In this document: positions 46,705 through 58,803 of the stretch, piece by piece
How positions within the stretch are numbered: the stretch's first letter is position 1
Layout: each line of letters opens with the position of its first letter
From: an uncultured delta proteobacterium
GTDB taxonomy: Bacteria > Myxococcota_A > Polyangia > Polyangiales > Polyangiaceae
Length of the DNA stretch: 64,000 nucleotides
Reading direction: 5' to 3'
NCBI GenBank assembly: GCA_963806225.1
Contig: CAWDXG010000004.1
Location: 1,312,001-1,376,000, forward strand
The notes under the pieces: model-generated
The model's input: only the letters and a program-made list of their open reading frames with translations
What the model was told of the DNA's origin: nothing
Databases searched by the model: none
Position numbers and translations under genes: made by a program

Positions 46705-48512
46705 CTAGCGACGGCGGCGGCGCAGGCCGAATCCCAGACCCAGCACAGCGAGCAGGAACAGCGGCGGGCTGGACGGAGCCTCGCCTCCGGGGACGCGGCA
46801 ACCGCAGCTGCTCTTCTTCTTCTTCGCGCCCGTCGCCTTCGCGGGTCCGCCGTCGCCCGACGCCGGCCCCGCGCCCCCAGCACCCGCTTTCGGCGCGCCG
46901 GACAGCCCCAGCGACGGGATCGGCGTGAGCACGACCTTGGCCGGCGTGACCTGCGTACGGCTCTTGCGCGTCAGGTCGTCGGCAACCCAGATCTTGCGCC
47001 GCCCGCGATAGGTACGCGGCGGCTTGCCCCAACGCCAGCGCCGCGGCGTCTGGCACTTCGCCATGCCCTTCCAGGGGTGGAAGTTGTTGTAGCGGATCTC
47101 GAGGCGGTTCTCCTTGGCGGGCTTGACCTCGGTCGAGATCTTCTTGTCTTTGCCCTGCGGAATGCCGATGCCGCCCTCGACCGCGTCGGCGGGGCCGATC
47201 TTCACGTCGCTCGTCAGGTTCGACTTGTCGTAGCGGTAGTGGACCCGCGAAAGCACGTAGTAGTTCCGCGCGATCAGCGCCTTTCGTCGCGCCAGCTCGA
47301 TGCGGTCCTCCTTGAACTGCTTCTTCTCCGCGGCGCGCTCCTTGGGCTTCATCTCCTTGAGCTTGGCCTTCTCCGCGTCCTTTTCCTTGTCGGTGAGCGG
47401 CGGCGGCTCGGGATGCGCCTCGTCCTTCGGCACCGTCTCCTCGAAGACATCGGCGCCCAGGGTCAACAGTTCGCCGATCGCCAGCGGCTCGTCCGGGCAC
47501 GGCTGCCCGCAACCCTTGGTCGACCAGGCGTACTCGTCGAAGAACGCCTTCGGGTTCTTCTTCTGCATCAAGTCGATGATGGCGTTGTAGAACTCGCCCA
47601 TCCGCTCCTTGACCCGGGTTGTCCCCTGCTTGAGGGCCACCTCGATGTTCGTGGGCGGATAGATGTTCTTGTAGTTCTTGACGTCGTAGCGATGGTCGGG
47701 GTCGATCACGTAGACGTAGAGCTCCTGCTTGTTGCCATGTCGTACAGTCCGAGGCGGGTCGCCAGCGTGTCGAAGGGCTTCTCGGTCCAGAAGCGGACTG
47801 GCGAGAGCACCGCGCGGCCTCCGCCCGCCAGCTCGATCTTCTTGCGTGTCGACCTTGGCGACCAACACCTGCATGCCCTGCGCGACGTACTGCTGGAGGT
47901 CGCTTCGCCGCGCCCGCGGGCGCCGCGTAGCCGTTGCTGCTTCAGCCAACCCGCTACGTCCTTGGCGTCGCTCTCCGACAGGAGCGACCGGACCGAACTC
48001 GCCGGCCTCTTGAACTCGGCTTGACGGTCATGAGCATCTCGGGCGGCACCTTCTCGGTCTCCTCGAGCATGCTGCCGCCACCGAGAAAGGCCGTCGCAGC
48101 TGTCGCCTTCTTGTTGCGCTCCCACTCCTGCAGCACCGGCGCACGTGTCGCAGGGGTCGGTCTCCCAGAACTCGTGGAAGCGCGGAGCGCTGAGCTCGGT
48201 GACGCGGTCGACAGACTCGCGCCGCAGGGTCTTGACGTGATCGACCGTCACGTCCGCCGGCACCGGCATGACGATCGCGAAATCGTCGAGCGGGCCGTCG
48301 TAGTCGAGCGCAAGCGACACCACGGTCCGATCGCCCTTGTGCATGATCACGACGTGGGTCTCGTGGTTGACGCGCTTCGCGGCGCTCTTGCCGACGAAGA
48401 AGCCCGGGAAGGCCAGCGCCGCGGCCGGTGACAGCACGAGCGCCATGGAGAGAAGCGGGAAACGGCCTGGCCAGGTTTCCGGGAGCAGGAGGGGGATCGG
48501 GTGTCGGAACAT
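46705..48512 (-). CDS. DUF2330-like surface protein with MYXO-CTERM sorting signal, several frameshifts
   Basis: AFPGFFVG, DFAIVMPVP, SAPRFHEFWETDPC, FFDEYAW and VLSRVHYRY in successive frames; C-terminal SCGCRVPG...LFLLAVLGLGFGLRRRR. Confidence 0.7.
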
Positions 48513-48602
48513 CGCGCGAGAGGCTATCAGAAGTTCCGCGCGGCCCGGCGCGCTCTTTTGTGGTGACTTCCCGGCCGCAGGATCGCAAAACTACGAAGCC
48601 GC

Positions 48603-49748
<1,146 letters not shown>

Positions 49749-49755
49749 GCGCGGC

Positions 49756-50353
49756 GTGGCGCCCGGACACATCGATCTGGAACGGGTGCGGCAGGCTCTC
49801 GCCGGGCGCGGAGCCACCGGCGCGGCGCGGAGCGCTGGCGAGCGCTCGGCCGCGGTCGCCGCTGTACTGCGCGGCCGGCCCGACGGGGCGGAGGTGCTGC
49901 TGATCCGGCGCGCCGCACGCGAAGGGGATCCCTGGTCGGGGCACATGGCGTTCCCGGGCGGGCGCGAAGACGAAGCCGACCCGGACCTCTGCCACACGGC
50001 GATCCGCGAGACGCACGAGGAAGTGGGGCTCGACCTGCAACGCTACGGCAGCCTGCTCGGGCGGCTCGACGACATTCCCGCGATCGCGCGCGGGCAGCGC
50101 GTCGGGATGACCATCGCGCCGTATCGTGTTCGAGCTCGTCGAGGAGCGCCCGCTGGTGACCAACGAGGAAGTGGAAGAAACGATCTGGGCGCCGCTCTCG
50201 CCGCTCGCGCGCGGCGAGACCACCACCACGGTCGACTACGTGCTCGACGGCCGTCATCTGGCGCTGCCCGCGTTCGACGTGCGGGGCCGGATCGTCTGGG
50301 GCCTGACCTACCGCATGCTGGAATCGCTGTTCGCCGTGCTCGAACAGGATTGA
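49756..50353 (+). CDS. Nudix hydrolase, CoA pyrophosphatase (NudL-like), frameshifted near 50124
   Basis: DPWSGHMAFPGG...TAIRETHEEVG Nudix box; IVWGLTYRML in the second frame. Confidence 0.85.
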
Positions 50354-50407
50354 GCCAACCCGGCGGGCACCCGCACGCGCCCATGCGGGCAGCATCACGG
50401 CCGTTGC

Positions 50408-51943
50408 TCAGGGTGTTTCGCTGACCTGCTTGTCGCAGGCGCCCGTCTTCTGCGAAAAGTCGCAGGCGCCCCCGCCCTTGGCCGTAATCGCCAGTGTGTA
50501 GGACTTGCAGGTGCCGGTAGCGGTGGGGCTACGGTGGACGCGCACCAGGTAGGACTTGCCGTGCGGGCCGCAGTGGATGGAGGAAGTGAGCCCGCACGTC
50601 GCCTCGCCGATGGTCGTACCGCTGGCGTCCTTGCCATTACCGTCCACGCACCAGTCGTAGCTGGTGAGGTTCGAGTGAGCGGAATCGGGCGCCGCACACG
50701 TGCCACCGCGGATCACGTCGAAGACGAACTCGTTGTTCGTCGGCAGGGGCGCCGTGAACACGATCTTGATGTGATAGCTGTTGGTGCTCCCCTCGTCGCT
50801 GTCGACGGTATCGAACTTGTACCAGTCCTCGTCGCTGTCCGAGCTCAACCGCCCGCTTATCGTGAGAGCGGTCGTGTCCGCGTCGCTCACGGAGCCCTCG
50901 GCCGTGGCGGCCGCGCAGGCGTCGTTGGGCTCCACCTTGTCGTCCTGGCAGATGCAGCCCGCCGAGGGCGGCAGCGTGGCCGGGTAGGCTTCCCAGCCTG
51001 TGTCGCAGCTCGGCACACAGGTGCCCTTCGTCTTGTCGCACGACCACTGCGAGTGCGGCGGTGCGGCACTGGGGCAGAGCTGGGAGATTGGGGGTTGACT
51101 GCCGTTGGCGTTGCCGTCGACCACGCCGTCGCAGTTGTCGTCGGCACCGTCGCACAGCTCGGGTTGGGGCGAACTGGCGGAGCAGCCCTCCCACTGGCCG
51201 CTCGAGCCGTTGCAGGTCTCCTTGCCCTGGCACGTCAGCCCGCCCGACGTCTGCTCGCAGGTGCGCTTGACCCCGTCGCGCGCCTTGGTGCACGGACACG
51301 AGTCGCCGTTGTCCGGAACGCAGATACGCGGCGGTTCGGTCGGCGGCCCGGCTTCGCCAACTCCGCCGTCCTGCCCCGTGGACGTGCCGGCATCGCCGGC
51401 GCCGGGACCGCCGCCGGGACCGTAGCTACCCGGCGCGACGCAGCTGAAGCCACTCGGACACACGCCGTCGAACGAGCAGTCGCGAGCACAGAACAGATCG
51501 AACTTCGGAGACGCCACGCAGCGATCGCCGACGTTCGAGCAGTCCGCGTTGGTCGTGCAGGGCGCGCACTCGCCGCCCGCGTCGGGGATGCAGACGTAGC
51601 CCTTGTCGGGCTGGAAGACGCAGTAGCCCGCCGTGCAGGCCTGCCCCTGCTGGCACGGCGTCGTGCATACGAAATTCGGGGTGGTCTGCCCCACGTCGGT
51701 GCACTGCCCGCTATCGCAATCGGAATTGTTCTTGCACGGCGACCCGAAGCCGAGCTTGGGGAACCCGCTGTCGCCCGTGTTCCCGCCTCCACCCGTACTG
51801 CCGTCGTATCCCCCGTCCGTCGCGCCGGAACCGCCGCCCCCCGGGGTGTTCACCCCGGCATCCTTGGCGCAGGAAACCATCGAGCCTGCGAGAACAAGAC
51901 CCGCGACGAAACGAAGCAATTGGCGCGGGTTGAATAAGCCCAT
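50408..51943 (-). CDS. Cys-rich lipoprotein with MopE-like ELCDGxDDNCDG motif and PPC-like domain
   Basis: Lipobox MVSC; CxxxxDC repeats; ELCDGADDNCDGVVD; EPND...GRLSSDSDEDWYKF. Confidence 0.8.
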   Translation of the reverse strand: MGLFNPRQLLRFVAGLVLAGSMVSCAKDAGVNTPGGGGSGATDGGYDGSTGGGGNTGDSGFPKLGFGSPCKNNSDCDSGQCTDVGQTTPNFVCTTPCQQGQACTAGYCVFQPDKGYVCIPDAGGECAPCTTNADCSNVGDRCVASPKFDLFCARDCSFDGVCPSGFSCVAPGSYGPGGGPGAGDAGTSTGQDGGVGEAGPPTEPPRICVPDNGDSCPCTKARDGVKRTCEQTSGGLTCQGKETCNGSSGQWEGCSASSPQPELCDGADDNCDGVVDGNANGSQPPISQLCPSAAPPHSQWSCDKTKGTCVPSCDTGWEAYPATLPPSAGCICQDDKVEPNDACAAATAEGSVSDADTTALTISGRLSSDSDEDWYKFDTVDSDEGSTNSYHIKIVFTAPLPTNNEFVFDVIRGGTCAAPDSAHSNLTSYDWCVDGNGKDASGTTIGEATCGLTSSIHCGPHGKSYLVRVHRSPTATGTCKSYTLAITAKGGGACDFSQKTGACDKQVSETP

Positions 51944-52112
51944 TCGGCCCTCCACAGCTCCAGGCTAGGATATGTGCAGGGGGCCGGTGCGTCAAACAGC
52001 GCGCCTTCGGCCAGCGCGTCCGGCGCGCAACGCACTGCGGCGCAAGCCCCGGGGGCAACCCGTGACAACCGGCCCCCGGCGCGATAGGAGCCGGGATGTG
52101 ACGCATCCCGCG

Positions 52113-52893
52113 ATGTCGCCCGAACCGGGCCCCGGGCGTACCTGCCGCGTGTGCGGGACCGGTCTGGAACCGGATTCGTTCCGCTGCGCGCACTGCGGAG
52201 CAACCTACGGCGAGAGGAATCGCTGCCCACACTGCGGCGCCGTCGCGGACGTTCGAGCCGCACAAGACGCTGCGCTATCGCTGCCGGGTCTGCGGTGGCC
52301 CACGGGTCCCGCTCGCCGACAACACGATCGAACCCAGCGGCGTAGAGTGGCCACTGCTCGAAGAGGCGCAGCGCGCAAGAATGCGCGTCGCCGCGTGGCG
52401 GGTGGCAGCCGGCGTGGTCGGAGCCTTCGGCACCCTGTCCCTGCTGGTGATGCTGCTGACGCTGGCGTTCATCACTCCGGGCGTGCTGGCCACGACCGGG
52501 TTGCTCGCAGCCGTCTCCATGCCGCTGGTGCTGGCCGCCATCGCCTGGTCGCGCGCGCGCCACCATGTGCGTGAGCGCGACCGCGCGATCGACCAGGCCT
52601 GGGTTTCCGCCGCCTCGGACGTGGTCCACAGAAAGGACGAGGAGCTGGATGCGCGAGGGCTGGCCCGGACCTTGCGCATCGACGAAGCGCAGGCCGAACA
52701 GCTGCTGGCGCGGCTGGACGTGGAGAACGTGGTGCGGGCGCGGGTCACCGACGCCGGGGAGCTGGTGTACACGCCCGCCGCCGGCGGCAAGGTCCGCGTG
52801 AGCGAGCCCTCGCCCGGGGCAGAGCCGGAGGAGCAGGAGGAAACCGCGGGGGCGGGGGAACAGCCCGCCCCCCGCCGCGCCAAGCGGGAGTAG
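52113..52893 (+). CDS. Zinc-ribbon membrane protein, frameshifted near 52270
   Basis: CRVC, CAHC and CPHC, then CRVC in the shifted frame; two TM helices; C-terminal helical domain LARTLRIDEAQAEQLLARL. Confidence 0.65.
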
Positions 52894-53115
52894 TGCGGGG
52901 TGCCCGAAACAACCCAGGCCGCCGACGCGTTCAGCGCGGGGAGCCGGGGCAACAACCGATGCCGCGTACAGGGCTTCACGCCGCGTAGTCCGCTACGCAC
53001 AACAAGGGTCATTGCCGCAATGTGCTCGGAGCGCGAAAAACCCCTACAGTTCCGTCCGGGCCGAGGCTCCAGCTAGGATCCGTCTCACTGGGCCCACGCT
53101 GCGCGACAGCGCAGT

Positions 53116-54198
53116 GTGTCCTACATTGTCTTCGTCCGACTGATGGCCATCGATCATCGCGAATTGTACCTCGAGCGCCAAGTTCCACATGAAAGCGCTG
53201 GCGGATTCCTGCGCCGCATGGTGCGCGATTTCGGGGTCCACGATTGGCTGGTCCTAACCTATCTGGTGCTGCTGAATCTGGCCGTGCTGAACGCGCCGGC
53301 GGGCGCGATCCGGGCGCAGTCGCTGCATCGTGTGTTCGGACTGCTGGCATTCCTCGTCATCACGCTGGTGCTGGTGCGCGGCCAGGTGATGAAGCACGAC
53401 TTCGCGGCGCCGCTTCTGTACCGGCTGGCGATCTACGGCACCGTCCAACTCAGCTACTTCTTCCTCGGGGAGATCCTGCCGCTGGTGAACTCCAGGTCGC
53501 TGGACTTCGGCCTGTACCACCTCGACCTGCACGTCTTTGGCCTCGAACCCGCTCTAGCCATGGATCACTGGGTGAATCCAGTGACGTCGGAGTGGTTCGC
53601 GTTCTTCTACTTCGGCTACTTCTTCCTGCTCGCGCTGCACGTCATCCCGATTCTGTTGTTCAGCAAGCGGGAGCGGGTGTTGGGCGACTTCGCGCTCGGA
53701 ATGCTGATCGTCTTCTGCCTGGGGCATACGATCTACATGCTGGTGCCCGGCTTCGGCCCGCACCAGGCCATGGCGGACCAGTTCCAGCACGAGTTCCCCC
53801 ACGGGATGTGGCTCGACACGGTGATGCGCACCGTCGCGGAGGGCGGCGCGCAGAAAGACATCTTCCCGTCACTGCACACCGCAGCGCCCACCTTCATCGC
53901 GATGTTCTCGTTCCGCCATCGCGACAAGCTGCCTTTCCGTTACACCTGGCCCATCGTAGCGTTTTTTGCGGTGAACATCATCGGCGCCACCATGTTCCTG
54001 CGCTGGCACTACATCGTCGACGTGGTGGCCGGCCTGGCGCTTTCCACGACCGCGCTGCTCGTGAGCGGCTGGGTGACGCGCTGGGAGCTCAAGCGCCGCA
54101 GCGCACTCGGCCTGGGGCAGAACTGGCCGCGCTTCTTCGGCAAGCGCCAACCCGGCGAGGATCGCAAGGTCGGCCGCGAGATGGCGGCGAACCTGTAG
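53116..54198 (+). CDS. PAP2-superfamily membrane enzyme, AUR1/inositol-phosphorylceramide synthase-like
   Basis: Multiple TM segments; YMLVPGFGP, DIFPSLHTA and RWHYIVDVVAG catalytic motifs. Start may be ATG near 53143. Confidence 0.8.
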   Translation: MSYIVFVRLMAIDHRELYLERQVPHESAGGFLRRMVRDFGVHDWLVLTYLVLLNLAVLNAPAGAIRAQSLHRVFGLLAFLVITLVLVRGQVMKHDFAAPLLYRLAIYGTVQLSYFFLGEILPLVNSRSLDFGLYHLDLHVFGLEPALAMDHWVNPVTSEWFAFFYFGYFFLLALHVIPILLFSKRERVLGDFALGMLIVFCLGHTIYMLVPGFGPHQAMADQFQHEFPHGMWLDTVMRTVAEGGAQKDIFPSLHTAAPTFIAMFSFRHRDKLPFRYTWPIVAFFAVNIIGATMFLRWHYIVDVVAGLALSTTALLVSGWVTRWELKRRSALGLGQNWPRFFGKRQPGEDRKVGREMAANL

Positions 54199-54212
54199 CG
54201 GGAGCTCGCCGG

Positions 54213-54872
54213 CTACTTCTCGAATACCTGTGCGGCTGCCACGCCCTGGCCGCTCGACACCTTGACCACCACCTTCACGGGCGCCGGGAAGGGTGCGGCC
54301 CACTTGAAGCAGTTCGGCTTGTCGCCGAGGACGGCGTTCGGCGACTGGGTCTGGTCGCGGGCGATCACGGGCGAGCTGAGGCCGGGGATCGTCACCATCG
54401 GCACCAGCTCGATGTCCAGGTTCTGCACGGCCGGCAGTCCGACTCCGACGACCGTGTAGCAGCGCCCGGGCTGCATCTGGATCTGCTGGTCGAGCTCCTG
54501 CCCCTGCTGGAACTGTCCCGCGATGACGGACCCTAGAGGCCTGGCCCCGGCGGGGGCATGCTGGGCTGCCAGCGGCGCGAGCAGCTTCGTGGCCGCTGCT
54601 GCCGCCGTCGCATCGAGCGGCGTGGCCTGGGGCCCGCTGGGGCCGGGCGGAAGCGGTGGCGGAGCGGTGGTCGTAGCCGTCGGCGGCGGGGCTGTCGTCG
54701 TTGCAGTGGGCGGCGGGGCGCCCTGCGCGACGCAGTAGCGTCCGTCGAAGACCTGTCCGGGCGGGCACTGCACGGCGCGCGGGCCTCCGGTGTTTGCGTC
54801 CTGCGTGTTGCTGCCGCCGCAGGCGACGAGGAGCAGCGCTGATAGAGGAACGATCAGGGCGGAGCGAGACAT
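54213..54872 (-). CDS. Hypothetical lipoprotein with Pro/Thr linker and C-terminal beta-sandwich
   Basis: Lipobox LVAC; small CPPGQVFDGRYC module; TAPPPTAT repeats; GRCYTVVGVG...LDIEL domain. Confidence 0.7.
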   Translation of the reverse strand: MSRSALIVPLSALLLVACGGSNTQDANTGGPRAVQCPPGQVFDGRYCVAQGAPPPTATTTAPPPTATTTAPPPLPPGPSGPQATPLDATAAAAATKLLAPLAAQHAPAGARPLGSVIAGQFQQGQELDQQIQMQPGRCYTVVGVGLPAVQNLDIELVPMVTIPGLSSPVIARDQTQSPNAVLGDKPNCFKWAAPFPAPVKVVVKVSSGQGVAAAQVFEK

Positions 54873-54949
54873 CGCGGGTCCTTTCCGACGCGGCGGCGTC
54901 GCGCCCCGTCGGAAGCTGAACGCGGAGGTCGCCGCGCGGCTTACAGGAT

Positions 54950-56137
54950 CTACTCGGCTGCCGCGCCGCCGGCGCAGAACCCCTCGTAGTCGATGTACCC
55001 GGTGATCGTCGGACTTTCGCCGCACGCCGGGCAGTGCTTGTCCCTGCGCAACTTCAGCGTGCGGAAGGTCATCCGCAGCGAGTCGTAGGTCAGCAAACGA
55101 CCCACCAACGGGTCACCCACGCCCAGGATGAGCTTGATGGCCTCCGTCGCCTGCAACACGCCGATGACGCCCGGCAGGATGCCGAGCACGCCGGCCTCGG
55201 CGCACGACGGTGCGAGGTGCGGCGGCGGCGGCTCCGGGTACAAGCAGCGGTAGCAAGGGCCGTCCCAGGGCGAGAACGGCGCGAACGTCGTCACTTGCCC
55301 TTCGAACCGGAAGATCGACCCGTGCACGACCGGGATCTTGTGGAACAGCGAGGCGTCATTGACGAGATAGCGCGTCGGGAAGTTGTCGCAGCCGTCCACG
55401 ATCACATCCCAGCCCTGGCCGAAGATGCGATCCACGTTGTCGCTGAGCAGCCGCTCCTGGAATTTGACGACCTTCACGTCGGGATTCAGGTCGCGGATCG
55501 CCGTCTCGGCGCTCTCGACCTTGGGCATGCCCACCCGCGACGTGGCGTGGATCACCTGCCGCTGCAGGTTCGAGGCGTCGACCACGTCCGCGTCGACCAG
55601 GCCCAGCGTGCCCACGCCAGCGGCCGCCAGGTACAACGCTGACGGGGCGCCGAGCCCGCCGGCCCCGAGCAGCAGCACGCGACTCTTCAGAAGCTTCGCC
55701 TGCCCCTTCTCGCCCACTTCGGGCAGCATGATGTGCCGCGAGTAGCGGTCGAGCTGCGCATCGGTGAAGTGCGGCGGCTCCTCCATCGGGTAGCGCATGT
55801 CCTTCCAGCGTACGAAGCCGGGATTGGCGCTGATGACGTTCGTGTAGCCGAGCTCCTGCAGTGTCCTGGCGGCGAACGCACTGCGCACGCCGCCCGCGCA
55901 GTACAGGACGATTTCGGCGTTCTTGTCGGGCAGCTTCTGCTCGGCCTGCATCTCCAGGAAGCCGCGCGGGATGTGGATGGCCCCGGGGATGTAGCCGCCA
56001 CGGAACTCGTCCTTCTCGCGCACGTCCACCAGCACGGGCTTGTCGTCCCTCTCCAGGCGGGCCTTGAGGTCCTCCAGGGTGACGAGCTTGACGTTGCTCT
56101 TGATGTCCGCAAACAGGTCGCTGTAGGTCTTCGCCAT
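54950..56137 (-). CDS. moeB: Rhodanese-ThiF fusion, molybdopterin-synthase adenylyltransferase (MoeB/MoeZ-like)
   Basis: N-terminal rhodanese (VDVREKDE, YCAGGVRS); RYSRH, GAGGLG, SNLQRQ, CYRC, SCAEAGVLG and CPAC motifs. Confidence 0.92.
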   Translation of the reverse strand: MAKTYSDLFADIKSNVKLVTLEDLKARLERDDKPVLVDVREKDEFRGGYIPGAIHIPRGFLEMQAEQKLPDKNAEIVLYCAGGVRSAFAARTLQELGYTNVISANPGFVRWKDMRYPMEEPPHFTDAQLDRYSRHIMLPEVGEKGQAKLLKSRVLLLGAGGLGAPSALYLAAAGVGTLGLVDADVVDASNLQRQVIHATSRVGMPKVESAETAIRDLNPDVKVVKFQERLLSDNVDRIFGQGWDVIVDGCDNFPTRYLVNDASLFHKIPVVHGSIFRFEGQVTTFAPFSPWDGPCYRCLYPEPPPPHLAPSCAEAGVLGILPGVIGVLQATEAIKLILGVGDPLVGRLLTYDSLRMTFRTLKLRRDKHCPACGESPTITGYIDYEGFCAGGAAAE

Positions 56138-56210
56138 CTCGGGCTCCAGCTATAGTCGCGTATTCCTATGCGACAATCTGCACGAGTTATTGGGCTTCGG
56201 CCGACCCAAG

Positions 56211-57489
56211 TCAAGCGAGCGTAGCAGCAGTGCCGCCGGGCGCCGTCTGCGGCAAACAATCGAGCAGCGCCGCCGCGTTGGGCGGACGGGCCGGCCTCGG
56301 GGCCGTGGCCTCGGCCGCGACCTGGCGCCAGGCGGCCACCTCCAGCGCCGAGGGGGGCTCGGGAGCCCGCTCCAGCGCGTCGAGCGCGTCGTCCAGGATG
56401 CGACCGAGGGCGTACACGTCGTCGTCGAGCTGGAGCGGCAGCGACGACAGACGCTCGGGCGACAGATACCCCAGGCTGCCGCCCGGAACGCGCTGGCCTG
56501 GCGCATGCGCCAGGCCGAAGTCCGACAGCACCGGTTCTTCCGGCGAGCGGAACAGTACGTTGGCCGGCTTGAGATCGGCATGCACCACGCCCTGGGAGTG
56601 CACGCGCGCCACCGCCGCGACCAGCGGCGAGAACCAGCGCTCGGGCGGCCACAGCACGGCGGGTTCGGCCCGCGCCAACCAGCGCTTGAGCGCGCCGCCT
56701 GGTAGCCACTCCATGACGATCCAGCCGCGGGTGGGATCAACGTCGAAGATCCGCACGACCCCTACGCCGCCGAGCTCCACCGCGCGCTGCGCTTCGCGCT
56801 CGAGCTTGTCCCGCTCCTCGGCAGCTCGGTGATAGATCTTGAGCGCGACGCGACGCCCGAGCACGTCGTCGAGCGCCTCGTACACCGCACCCGCGCCGCC
56901 CCGTCCCGCCTCGCCGACGATACGCAGGGTCGTGGAAGGAAGCTCCGCCTCGAGCAGCGTCGGCTGATCGAGCGGCGCTGCGGCGGCCGCCTCGGCGCCG
57001 AGCGCGCGGCGGAAGCGCTCGTGCCGCTCCCGCGCACCGGGCCAGTCGATGTCCCGCGCCAGGACGCGCTCGACGAACGTGAGCGCGCGTGCCAGCTCAC
57101 CCCGATCGGCGTACAGAATCCGCAGCCAGCAGCAGCGCGGGACTGCTGTGCGCCGCGCCGAGCAAGTCGAGCGCGGCGGAGGCGGCGCCGCGCTGCACCA
57201 GCACGTCGGCGGCGGCGACGAGCAGCGCGTCGGGAGCCCGCTTGTGTGCCTGCAGGGCGAGCACTGCGTCGAGCGCGTGCCGCTCGAGGCTCGTTCCGCG
57301 CGCCGACGTGAACGCCGCGAGCGCCGCCCGCACGGCGGACGGCGAGCCGGGCTCTGCGCTCCGGATCGGAGCGAGCGGATCGTCCACGGGCTCGGCATCG
57401 GCCGGCGTTGCTGCGGACTCCGGCGAAAGCTCCGCCGTGGGCGAAGCAGCGCCCCGCACCCGCAGAAGCAGCCGCCGCCAGAGATTCAC
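56211..57489 (-). CDS. Ser/Thr protein kinase with N-terminal helical/TPR-like region, frameshifted near 57120
   Basis: GRGGAGAVY, VALK, HADLKPAN, DFG and GSLGYLSPE motifs; the N-terminus (VNLWRRLL...) is in another frame, with a GTGA overlap to the FHA gene stop. Confidence 0.8.
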
Positions 57490-58650
57490 GACAGGACCTC
57501 GAGTCGCACGCCAGCGCCCGGTTCTTCCGATAGCGCATCGCCCGAGAGCAGCTGGACGCGCGCGTCCAGCCGGAGCGCGCCACGACAGGGCGGCGCGCCT
57601 TCGGGCGCCATGAGCTCCAACCAGTCGTCGTCCGGCGACGGCTCGACGCGCCAATCGCCGACGACCAGCGGGCCCAGCGGCGCGTGCAGCGTGCGGCCTC
57701 CGACCACGATGCGCACGCCGTCGCGCCACGGCTCGATGCGGACGCCCACTTCCCCGCCAAGCTCCAGGTCGACGCCGTCGCCCACCGCCACCGGGACGTC
57801 GAGTCGCACACCCGCGATCATCGTCCCGTTGCTGGATTCGAGATCGAGCACTTCGGGGCCGGTCGGCGCGCGGCGGACTTCGAGATGCCTGCGACTGACC
57901 GCGGGCGACTCGAGCGTCAAGGTGGCCCCCAGCCGACCGAGCGTGATGCGTTCGCCGAACGCCACCTCGAACGGCTCGCCATCGACCGCGAGGCGCGCGC
58001 AAGGGCCTCGACAGCGCTTGAGCTCGATATCGCGTGCGAGGGCGAGCGTCGCCTCGTCACCGCGCAGCGCCGGCGAACGGGCCAGCTCCAGCGCCTGGCG
58101 GCGGCAGCCCGCAAGCTCGAGATCGCGCACACGTTGCTCCTGCTCCTCGTGCCTGCGATGGCTACGCTGCCGGTTCCGCTGGGCATCGAGCACTTCCTCG
58201 AGTTGGTCGACCGCTCCGGCCGAAACCAGCGCGCGCTCCTGTGCGTCCGCCGCTCCGGCCTGCGCGAAGACCTCGGCGGCGTCGAGCGGCTGTCCCAGCT
58301 CTTCCAGCTCCTCGCCCAGCGCCACAAGCTCGCTCCGACCCAGGACCAGCGTCTTTGCCCTCACCAGATCGAGCTTGAGCCCCGCGCGACGTTGCAGGAT
58401 CGCCGCGCGCTCATCGCCGTCGGCAAGCTCGAGCGCCTGCGACAGGAGCCCGAGGCGCCCCGCCGGAATCGAGCGCCTGCTCGGCCCGCAGACGGTACAG
58501 GCGCAGCGCTTCACCGCCCTCGCCCGCTTCGAGGTAGAGAGCGGTCGCCTCTTCCAGGCGTCCGAGGGCTTCCTGCCGCCTCGCGCGGGAAAGCCTGCCC
58601 CGCTCCAGGCGGCGGCGCACCAGACCCACGGCGCGGGAAACCAGGCTCAT
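57486..58650 (-). CDS. FHA domain protein with N-terminal helical repeats, frameshifted near 58465
   Basis: ITLGR...VSRRH...DLESSNGT FHA signature; N-terminus MSLVSRAVG...EEATALYLEAG in another frame. Confidence 0.8.
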
Positions 58651-58743
58651 CGCGAGGGGCATCTTGACCAAAACCCGAGCCTCGTGCCACGGGATTGGGC
58701 TTGCTCGACTGACTGGCGGCGACCCGCGGGGGAGGCCCCCCTT

Positions 58744-58770
58744 TTGACGCCCTGGCGTGGCTGGTATGCT
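58744..58770 (+). promoter_or_regulatory. Possible pilB promoter
   Basis: TTGACG (58744-49) and extended -10 TGg-TATGCT (58765-70); spacer is only 15 nt. Confidence 0.35.
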
Positions 58771-58803
58771 CCGCGGCAGGCTCCGATTCGTGAGGAAACA
58801 CGC

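Noticed and set aside
46705..48512. MYXO-CTERM protein as TraA
   Set aside because: It has DUF2330-like motifs, no Cys-rich TraA repeats, and is not adjacent to the TraB-like gene.
52983..53022. Two short palindromes (GCGTAG-tccg-CTACGC; CATTGC-C-GCAATG) upstream of the PAP2 gene
   Set aside because: Six-bp arms are too short to distinguish from chance without comparative data.
57049..58803. Long N-terminal extension of PilB (1153-aa ORF)
   Set aside because: It is the antisense shadow of the FHA and kinase genes. PilB starts at ATG 58804 after a GAGGA RBS.
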